Shown here in pieces: positions 28,616 to 38,800 of a DNA stretch of 64,000 nt. The first letter of the stretch is position 1. The number at the start of each line of letters is the position of its first letter. The stretch is from a virus. Below the pieces are notes generated by a model that was given only the letters and a program-made list of their open reading frames with translations, was not told the origin of the DNA and did not search any database. The translations under genes and the position numbers were made by a program. The DNA is taken from positions 3,455 to 67,454 of the IMG/VR virus record IMGVR_UViG_3300020057_000041; one strand, given 5' to 3'.

Positions 28616-29115
28616 TACACCTCCGCAGCCGCAGCCACGGCATCAATCTTTTCTTGCGTGATCAGGCCCAGCAGCTTCAGCAGGCCCAGCATCGACAGCA
28701 CCTCGGGGCGCAGCGGGCGCTCAATGAAGTGGCTCTGCTCGAATCGGCGGTATCCGGTGCGGATCGCGGCCTTCTGCTCGACGGTCAAACCTGGATTGGA
28801 CTCGAACGAAGCAAAGAACGCGTCCATGCCGTACTCGACTTGTGCGCCAAGCTGGTCCCGAAATTCAAGTTTGCTCCACGGCGCACGGCCAGCGCGGGAC
28901 ACGGTTGTCTCAGCATCCCGCAGGGCGAACTCGGCGTTGATGCGTGTAGCGCGCAGGGCCATGACAGTGGCCGGGTCCATCCCAGGCGCGCACAGGTATG
29001 GGCCGAACGTAAGCACACGCCCAAGGTCGTCCAGATGGCGCTCCGTGGTGTAGACCGACCCGTCCCGCTGCTCGTGCGCGTCTTGCGTGTATATCGATTC
29101 GACGATCTGCGTCAT
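28615..29115 (-). CDS. tail-associated hypothetical protein
   Basis: 166-aa ORF coupled to neighbours. Confidence 0.6.
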   Translation of the reverse strand: MTQIVESIYTQDAHEQRDGSVYTTERHLDDLGRVLTFGPYLCAPGMDPATVMALRATRINAEFALRDAETTVSRAGRAPWSKLEFRDQLGAQVEYGMDAFFASFESNPGLTVEQKAAIRTGYRRFEQSHFIERPLRPEVLSMLGLLKLLGLITQEKIDAVAAAAEV

Positions 29116-29366
29116 GTGGACCTCATTTCAGCGGGCGAGTTATACCGGCGCTTTTCGTTTTCATAGCTGCGTTGGCAGTGATTGAAGTCCCGCGCCTGCA
29201 GCCAGAACAGTGTGTCGATCAGAGGCTTCCAGAACAGCCCCATCGGCTTGCCCTTCACCCACATGCGCCAGGCCCGGCTCGATAGCGTCTCATCAGACCA
29301 ACCGCGCAACAGAGCGTTGAACAGTTGATCGATGGCAATCGCCACCTGAGTCAGCCAGTGGCGCAT
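29112..29366 (-). CDS. small phage protein
   Basis: IAIDQLFNAL..GWSDETLSSRAWR...IDTLF...HC..SY. Confidence 0.7.
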   Translation of the reverse strand: MRHWLTQVAIAIDQLFNALLRGWSDETLSSRAWRMWVKGKPMGLFWKPLIDTLFWLQARDFNHCQRSYENEKRRYNSPAEMRST

Positions 29367-29369
29367 GAT

Positions 29370-29777
29370 CTATGCATTTCCATCCGTTAAGGTGAACGCC
29401 GTGACCGTGAATGCCTGCGTAGCAACGAACGAGGTGTTATCCACCGTCATATCGCCGCCGCCGCCGGTCACTGTCACCGTGCCCTGCGCGTGGCAGGTCG
29501 AGCCGTCCGATGCGTACAGCCGGAAGTGGGCAGCGGTGCCGGTAGCGTCCGCACTTGTGTCCTCCCACGTGCCCAGCTTTGCCTTGGACCCGGCAGACGC
29601 GGCTGACATGTAGTCAGATACCAGCGTGCAAGTAGCCAGCGCAGTGCCAGCATCAGCCGTGGCGCAAGTGGCCGGGACAGTGCCGCTGCGAATCTTCAGA
29701 ATCGCAGATGTGCCAGTAGCGGTTTCGATTGCATCGAGCCGCGCATTACGCACAGCGACAGAGAGTTGAAGTGCCAT
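29370..29777 (-). CDS. virion structural protein (fibre-associated)
   Basis: SVAVRNARLDAI...ADATGTAAHFRL...QGTVTVTGGGGDM; TAGGAG RBS. Confidence 0.7.
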   Translation of the reverse strand: MALQLSVAVRNARLDAIETATGTSAILKIRSGTVPATCATADAGTALATCTLVSDYMSAASAGSKAKLGTWEDTSADATGTAAHFRLYASDGSTCHAQGTVTVTGGGGDMTVDNTSFVATQAFTVTAFTLTDGNA

Positions 29778-29837
29778 GGTGTTCGCTCCTAAAGGATGGA
29801 GCGCACTTTGCCCGCCGGCCTACTGTTTGGCGAGAAT

Positions 29838-29849
29838 TGCCGGGGGCAA
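29838..29849 (-). promoter_or_regulatory. late-promoter activator site
   Basis: TTGCCCCCGGCA-attc-TCGCCA-17nt-CAAAGT. Confidence 0.75.
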
Positions 29850-29852
29850 CGG

Positions 29853-32800
29853 TCAAGGCATCCCGAACGCTCCAGCTTCCATGGCGTCTTGGCGGGACTT
29901 GCTCAGGTACACGCCGCCCTTGGACTGCGCGATCTGCATCCGGCGTGTGCGAACGCTCGCGGCCATCTGCATCGGGTTGATGCGCCTGGCCGGGTTCTTT
30001 TCGTTGAAGGCTTGTATCGCCTCACGCGCATCGGCCATGCCGTCCTGATCTTCGGCAATCGCTGCCATGGACCAGTGCCGCATCAATTGCCCGCGCCGCT
30101 TGGACAGCCGTGCGTCGGCCTGGTGCACAGCGCTCTTGGCCTCGGTGGCCAGCCGCACATCTGACGGGCTAAATCCCAGCGCCTGCCCGACGATCCCGGC
30201 GTCGTTCACGTCCAGCAGGATTGGCTTGCCAGATTTGTCGATGGCGCCCTCTTCGGCGTAGCGCAGTGCCTTGAGAGGACCACGCAGGGCAGCGGGCGCC
30301 ATCGCCTCCAGGCCCTTGGCCCAGTTCCCATCGGCCATTTGCTGCAAGCCTTTGAGCACGCCGATTCCGATGCCGGCCACCGGACCGAGCGCCGCCGCCA
30401 TGGCAGACTCGCCCAGGCGCTGGCCCTCCAGCCCTTCTTGCACGTCAGGCAGGATCAGCCGGTCCAGCCCCACCCGACCGGATATGTCGAACGGTGTCAG
30501 GCGCGACAGGCCTCGGGCAAGAACGTCGGCCGGGCCGTCTCCAAACGCATCGGCCAGCATGTTGCGTAGTGCATCCTCTGCGTCCCACGGCTCATCATCC
30601 GACCCGCCGATCATCGATGCCGCAGCGAGCAGCGTTGTCACCATTGGCAGACCCAGGACGCCGGCTGCCGCTGCGTGCATGGTCAGGATGCCGCTCAGTG
30701 CCTTGCGGGCTTCCGACCGTTCGGTGGGACTTGCGCCCTTGACGGCAAGGTAGCCAGCGCGGGCCAGTGTGTAGACCATGTTCTGCCCATAGGTTTTAAA
30801 GAGCAGCAGAACCCGGGCCGTGTTGCCCTGCATCACACGAGGTCGGTTCGTGCTCGAATAGTCGAAGTGCCCGTCGTAGGTGGCCTTGACCGCCTGTGCG
30901 TAGGCATCCTTTGCGCCGGTGCCGGCCTCACGCGCCAGCCGGTAGCTGGCAACGAACGTGACCTGCCGGTTGAACTTCTCCGCGTGGTGGAACAGGAACG
31001 ATGCCCACTTCATGACCGGGCGCAGCTTCCATGTCACCTTGGCGTCGTCCCCCTGGCTGATGCCGGCCAGATCGTGCGCCATCGTCACATCGATCACGCC
31101 AGAGCGCACAGCCTCATCGTATGCGGCCTTTTCCTCTGTCGTGAGGGCAGGACTGATGTCGTTCTTGTTCCCGGCTGCCTGCGTGCTGGCCTTGAGCAGC
31201 GCCGCCGCCGACTTGGAAAACCCCCACTTGGCGCCCATGATCGGGTAGGCCACCAGTGCTGTTTGGGTCATGTTCACCATGGCAGATGCCGGGCTCAAAC
31301 CCAGGTGGAACACAAATCCCAGACTGGTCAGGGCCGTGGACAGTGCGTTCCCGTCCGGATTCATGGCCGCCTCATGGCGCTTTTGCATCTCGTTCAAGAC
31401 GTCTTGCAGCTTGGGCTGATTGACGCCCGTCTTCTCAGCGGTGGCGTCCAGCGTTTTTTGCGCGTCCGACAACTGGTTCTCCAGCAGATCGGAGTACCGC
31501 ACCTTGGCCAGATACCGGGCGCCGTGGAACATGTTCTGTGCGAATGCCCGGCGTGCGTCTTGACTGAAGCCCGGCGTTCCCTTGCGGTGGATGCCGTGCT
31601 TGGCCCAGGACAGATCGGGCAGGGCTGACAGGTACAGTTGCCCCAGCATGTCTTCGAGCTGCGTGCGCTGTGACTCGTCCATGTCCTTCTTGCCCAGGGC
31701 TTCGTACAGGCCCTCCATGAACCCACGGCCCACCATATCCCGGCCGGCGTTGAATTCCTTGGACTTGAGCACCTTGCCCACCACGTCGCCGGGGTAGGCC
31801 TTGCGCAGCGATTCCTGTACGCTCTGGGCCTCTGTCATGGTCTCGGCCCGGCTGACGTTGATCGCCCTGCCATTGGTGTCGCGCACGATCACCACGTAGT
31901 CGCCAAAGCGCGAGAGCGGGAAGTACACGCCCTTGATCGCCTTGAAGAACTCGTCGTCCATCTGCTTGAGCAGTTCGGCCTTGCGTGGCCCGCGAAGCTC
32001 GGAGCGCTCGATCCGCTCCCGGATGGCAGAGCGCACGTTGCGGTGGTGCGCGCGGTAGTGGTCCCGTGCGTCGGTGTAGAGTTTCTTTGCCTCGGGGCTC
32101 AGTGCGTTGTAGCCGTCCTTGAGCGCATCGTAGAAGTTCTGATCGTCGCCCTCGATGAAGTCCTTGGTCGGGTCGATCTGCGCCAGCGTGGAGTCGTGCA
32201 TCAGTTCGGAAAGCTGGCGCTCGTCCTTGACCTTGCCCCAGCGGTCAGCGATGCCGTCAGCCGCCGCGCCGGCCTCGTTCTTGTCCGCGTCCATGGACTG
32301 CATGAGGTTGCTGTAGGACTTGATCTGCGGGATCTGATCGCCGTACAGGTCCACCAGTTGGCGCCGGCCAAGGGTTCGCAGCCCCAGGCCACGGTAGTCG
32401 GATAGCTTGTTCCCGGTGCGCCGGGTGATGTCGGTGACAACCTGAGCGCCGGGCACACTGCGGGCATAGCGGATGTCTGGGTTCTTGGGGTCGAAGGCGC
32501 CAGAATTACCGATGGCGGATTTCACTTGATTCGAGAACCACGCGACATAGTGCTTGTCGCCATTCGATGTGACTGAATATGCGGAATCGTATCCAGTGGC
32601 GGCGGAAAATGCCTCAAGCCACGCGGCATGGTCATCACCAAAAAAGTCATTGCGTAGAGAGGCAATATTACTGCTGCCTGTGTATAAATTTATGGCACTG
32701 CGTAACACCTTTTCAAACCCTTCGTAGTTGACATCTCCGAAGTTCATCAATGGGCTATCTTCTTTGCTGCGAATGTCTTTGGCGCGCAGTATGATCTTCC

Positions 32801-35800
32801 GCAGTTGGGCTGCCGATAGTTCAATATCCGCTCCAGTGGTTTCGCCTTTTAAAAAATCGATATGCAATGGCTTTTGCAGAGACAGATAAACCGGCATTAC
32901 TTTGGCACCATCGGCCCCTTTAATGATTGCATACCTACTGGCCGACTTCGGGTTGTCCGTGAAATAGAAGCCAGATCCGGTTTGCGACGCGCCTTCTCCC
33001 GAGTACATAAATTCCGGGTCGAATATTGAAAAGTCGCCGGAAGTCCCGTGGTACATGACGACCGGCTTGCCATCGGCATCCACCACCTTGCTGTCGCCGA
33101 ACCAGGCCTTGAACGCAGCGGTGTCGGTCTGGTCCTGGCCGGTGCGGGCAAATGCGCCGCCACTGTTCGGCGCGGTGGATTCATTCGCGTCCAGAACTCT
33201 CGTGACTTTGACTCCAGAGACGATTAAATATGTCCCCGTGCCGTTCTCATCTTCCATCTGAACCGCTTCATACCCAAGCCGCTTCGCTACCTGGCCACGG
33301 TACTTCTGCGCATCCCAACCAGCCTCGTCATAGTCCCCGCCGAGTGCATCCGCTAGGCTGTCGTCGGAGTTGAAAGACTTGTCCTCAATGACTGCCGCCC
33401 AGACCACATCAAAGTGCTCATCACCTTCCTTGATACCAGTCACAAGCTCGAAAGCCTCAAGCGTTTTGGCATAAGGAACTTCGTAGTTCAGAGCGTAGTC
33501 CGTGAGAATCTTGTCCTCCGAAACGTCCGCAAAGTAGTTTCTTCCGCCACTCGTCCAGAATGGGGTTTTTTCGTTGGCCAATGCAAAAAACCCATCGAAG
33601 CGCCCGCCGCTTGGAACTTTGCTGAACTCTTTGTCTGTCCCCCCTGAGCCTCCGTGATACAGACGAACAAAGCCATCTTTCTCGGGTGGAAGATTGTTCC
33701 TGTAGACAGCGCCCGGTGTTACGTCATCGGCAGAGCGCCCGCTTTGAGAGTTGCCGACGACATCCTTGCGGTTCGTCACAGACCCAGTTGTATCACGACT
33801 GGCCGCCACCGCATTGCCCTGCGCCTCCCGCGCCCCATCCATCAGGTTGCGCTGCGCATTGACAAGAGCGCCTTGCAACTCCAGGTTCGTGAACGACACG
33901 TTGATCCCGACCGAGCGCAGCCACTCAGCCATTTTGGCGAACAGGCCCTTCAAGAACCCGTAGCCTGGCCGGAACTCGCCGGTCACCGGGTCGATGGCCT
34001 GCTCCACGGCTGCTGCGGCGATCTCGTCGGCTTCTTGGCCTGGCGTCAGGTTGAACTCACCGCTCTCGTCCACGTAGGACTTGCGCACGCCGGCCTGCAG
34101 TTCTCGCAAAGGCTTGTTGCCCATCTTCAGGGCAAGCTGCATCTGGGCCATCATCTTGTCGTGGTCGGCGCTTCCAAGAAGTGCACGCAGGCCCAGGTGC
34201 CCAATGGCCTCGTGCCCGACGGCCTTGAGTACGTCCAGGCGGGTCTTGACGTTGCCAGCTACCACGTAGATGTCGCCATTGATGTACAAAGCGCGCACGT
34301 CGCTAGGTGCCTTGATCGGCAGGTCGGCAGGGGTTGCCACCACGCGAACGTCGATGTTCAGGCGACGGGCGACGGGGGCGATGATGTTGCGGGCGTTGTC
34401 GACCGTCATGCCGGTGGGCTGGGCGCCACGGGCGAACGCCAGTCCCATGGCATCGGATTGTTCCTTGATGACTCTGGCCCGCGCTTTCTCGTCGCTCTTT
34501 GGGTAGGTGGCGATCTTCACGCCCCGGCGCTCCAGTTCCTTGATGGCAGCCGCTGGCGTGCTGTCTGGAACCACTGCCACCTTGAACTCGCTCAAGTCCA
34601 TGGCGCGCAGAATCTTTGCCTCGAAGTATTGCGTTGGCAAATTCCGCAGTCGCTCCAAGAACTTAACCGCGCTCTGCTTTGCTTCATCGCTCAACTCAAT
34701 GTCCAGATCGCGGGCAGACCGCACCAGACCCATGCGCGGTGCGTCTGACAATACGTCGATGATTGCATCAAGCGAACGATCTGGCGCCATCTCGTTGGCA
34801 AGGGTAAGGAAGTCGCTGTCGATTTCCTTCTTCACCTTGTCGAATGCATCCTTGGTCATCAGTCTGTCCTGCGACTTCTTGATGGCCTCGATACTTCTGA
34901 ACTGCGGCGTGAACTTGGCCCGTAGCGACCCAACGCCGTAGTTGAAATTCTCACCGCCGCGAAGCTCTTTCTTGAGAATCTTCACCACGTTGTCCAGCGT
35001 GTGCGGGACGTACTTTCGATTTCCCATGTCGGTGAATCCGCGAAATATCCGCTCAGGGACGCCGATGCTGATGAGCAACTTCTCCGCTTCTGCTTTGTAG
35101 TCGTGATACGAGCCCGGCTTGGCTCCGTTGGCTTCTGCGTAACGCTTGAATGGCGCATGGCTGGTGATCGAGTCAAGGTCGGAAATCTCGCCCCCGTACA
35201 GCAGGCGATCGCCTTCTTGCCGGTACTTCTCCATTGCCTTGTTGAATATTCGCTGATCTTCGGGCCCAGCCTTGAACGAAACGCTCGGGTATCTCGGACT
35301 GTAGATGTCGGCGCCGAACACTTTGGCCCCGTACTTCGGGTCTGCCATGTCTCTGTCACCCAGCAGCGTAATCTCTCCGAAACTGTCCATTGGACTATCG
35401 ACCTTCGTGATCGCCAGCGAAGGGACTGGGATGCCGCCCATGCGGATCGAATGCAGCAGGTTTTCGGCACTTAGGTTGTGCTGGATGATCAGGGTCTTGT
35501 CGTCGTCTGGCTTGGCCTTGCGCGAGAACGCTGCATCAGGCTTCCCCTTCGCCTCTGGCTTTGCTGGTTCTGGTGATTGGACCTTCCAGCCGTCTCCAAG
35601 CAACTTCGCATCGCCATCGGAACTGTCCGGGTGTGTGCGAACGAACTGCGTGCCATTCGTCAGGATGGCCGGCGTGTAGTTTCGCTCTCCGGGGTTGTCC
35701 GCATTGAACAAGCGATTGGCGGCCCCGAGTGAATCGCCGATGTGCTTGTTGAGTACGCGCGTCCGGTGTTCTCGGCTGTCTTTGCTGACCTGATCCTGTG

Positions 35801-38800
35801 CCTGCGCTTTCGCCAGTTCCGCGTCGATGTTTGCCTGCGTGTAGTCAGGAAACAACTCGCTCGGGTGTGCGATCTTGCCATCAGGCAGCGTGACGTGATA
35901 GCGCACCATCGCACCGGTGATGCTCGACTTTTCAAACAGTTCTGGCGAATGCACATAGCCGAACCGCTCGTTGCCGTTGGCGTCAATGCCCTTTTGCTCA
36001 CGGTCGGCACTCTTTGCCTTGTAGACATCGACCAGCGTACCAAGCACTTGATTGCGCTGATCCTTGGTCAGGGACTTTCCGACTTCGAATCGGTCAGGGG
36101 CCGGCGCACTGAAAACATCCTGCCGCCCGGTCAGGTTCTGCGCTTCGGAGGTTGCCTTCAACTCACTTGTCAGCACATCGATGGCCTTGCCTTCCGCATT
36201 TTTGATACGGGCCATGAGCATCGGGGCGTCAAACCCAGGCATTGTTCTGGTGTACAGCGACTCAACCGTAGATCGCCCGATAGTCCTGCTCGGAACGTCA
36301 ACGGATTGGCCAACAATGAAGCCATCTTGTGACTCCATGACAGGGCTATTTCGCGGATCATCGTTGTAGGGTTTTGGCAAACCTTTTTTCTTAACGACGT
36401 ATCCGTCACCGATTGGGACCACCTCATGTGACTCACTCAGAGCCCTGGTGTTTAGTTCTCGCTGGGCCGCTGCTGCTGTTGCAAAGGCATTGCCTTGCTT
36501 TGCCGTGATGACATCCATGAGCGGATTGCTGGCGTTTTCGGCGTTGCTCGCTGCCAACTTGGTTCCGTCTGGATCAAGGTTCTCGCGGTGGATGGATTTG
36601 CCAGCGCGATCTCCCTTTGCCGTGTACATCGGCAACAAGGTCCGCTCACCATCCAAGTCGGATTGCTTGACATGGATGTTCCCCCCAAACCTATCCTTGA
36701 TCTTGACAAATTCCGTGTCTGGTGCCGTCGGGAGTGTGGTTCCATTTGGTGACCGCGCTATTCCCGCCGGGGTTTGCTCGGATTCTTGCTTCTTCCTGAA
36801 TGCTTCGTTGCCCCGCGCCAGCGCCAGCTTTTGATCCCGAGACAGTTTCATGAACTCGCGGTTCCACGCTTTCATGTCCTCGGCGTGCTTGCCGGCTTGC
36901 TCAGGTGTCGGTCCCTTCTTGCCGTAGAGTTTGTCCAGTGGGCGCGGCTTCGTCTTGCGCATGTCGTCCATCGCCTGCGCAAGTTCTGCCGCTGATCGCG
37001 TGTCTGGTGCCTTCGCCGCATCCTTCTTCGCCTTTGCCACCCTCATCTTCTTCAGGCCGGCGCCGGGTTCCTTGGATGGGGTGGCTGGCTGTGTAGTTGC
37101 TGCGGGCTGCTCGCGGTACTTCTCAACAGCCGCTCGGGCCGCAACCATGGCTGATTCCGCCGTGCGGTACTTTCCTAGCGTCTGCGTGGGATAGAACTTG
37201 ATCTTGCCGTTTTCGTCTTTCGGGCCGCCCACGCGGTCAAGCGTCACCTCAAATGACTTGCCCGTGCTGTTGCTCCAACCTGGCGGGGAAATGCCGACGT
37301 GACCGTTCATGCCCTCGCTTGTCTTGAACGATGCCGTCTGGAAACCGTTCGGCTTCTTCACGAACCGGATGCCTTCTGGCGCTTGCACTGGTGCTGGTGC
37401 ATCACTTGCGTCAGATTCAATGCGGCTGATCTTCGACTCAAGTTCGTCTGCGGCATCCTTTGCGGCGGCAGCGTTCTTGCTGTTGTCTGGGAGTGCTTCG
37501 GCAAGTTTTTGCCATAGCCGCTTTGCCTGCAGGTCCAGCTTTGCACGCGCAATTTGCGTGGTTTTGTCTTCTCCCGCTTGCTGCGTGCCCATGGCTTTTT
37601 TCGCAGCAGCAACATCCGCCATTTCGGCTTTGATGCCATTTACTCGATCTTTCAAGCTGGCTGGATCGGGTACTGGCGTATCATTTGCGGATGGCTGAAC
37701 CGTACCTTGCTTTTGTCCATCCTGACGACCAGGCGCTGGAGGATTTTCTGCGTCCAGACCTTGAGTTTGTCGGACCTCGCCAGCCGTTGATGCTGGGAGA
37801 GATGGTACGTTTTGACTGCGGGTTTCGCTTTGTCCCACCGGTGACACTCCGGAACGGGGAGGCTCTTGTGGTGCAGTCGACGGTGACGTTTCCAGCGGAT
37901 TGACCGGTGGCTGAACAGACTGACCTTGAACTGGAGCGGGAACACTGGAAAATTGAGTTGTACCGGCGTCAGGTGCAGGCGTATTCGATTGCTGCTGCGG
38001 CAAAGATTGCGCAAGATCGTCAGGCGATTGAGCCGCCTTCGCTGCCCGTTCCTGAAAATCGCCCTCGGCTTGCGCCACTTGCGTCATGACGGTTTCGGCA
38101 TCCTTACCCTCAAGTGATGTGTGGTACTGCAAGCCTTCTTGCCTGATCGCGTCTTCAATGCTGTTGTATTGACTATCTCCCAGCGCGCCGGTTTTGTTGT
38201 AGCGCGTCACCTGTACTTTGCCGGGTGATTGTGCCGACGGCGTTATGGCGATCGTCATGCCGCCTTCAGTCTTGAATACAGGCATAGTGCCAGCATCGAG
38301 TTTGGCCTTGGCGCCGGTCGCCACTGCATTGGTCAGTGCATCAATCGCATCCGAGTGCTCTTTCGTGAACGGGTCGGCGGCATCGACACGGGCCTGCAGA
38401 TCCGAGACGCCCGCCTTCGCCGCCCGCTCTGCCTGCTTTGCCTCAATCACCGCCTTGAACCGCTGCCCGCGTGTCAGTGCATTCCCGGTACCGCCCGCTT
38501 GTTCAGTTCCTGCATCAGATACGTTCGCCGGTCCTGCTGGCTGCGAAGGGCTTTCAATTCCTCCCGCTGCTCCGGGGATAGGCCCGGACTGTTCAGGCTG
38601 TTGCGGGTTGACTTGGACGGCTTGAGCGGCTTGCGCATCTACTACTCCTGGGGTTGATGGAATCTGTGAAACGGCAGCAGCAATGGGGCCAGCTGCTGGC
38701 GTGGTGGGTTGCTGAAATGGTTCCGATGCGGGAATTCCCGTAACGGCTTTTGCCGCATCCTGGCCCGTTTTCTTGCCCTTGGCATCCTTGGCCGCTTGTT

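Noticed and set aside
26180-29800. Diversity-generating retroelement acting on tail fibres
   Set aside because: No reverse transcriptase gene and no TR/VR adenine-variant repeat pair was seen.
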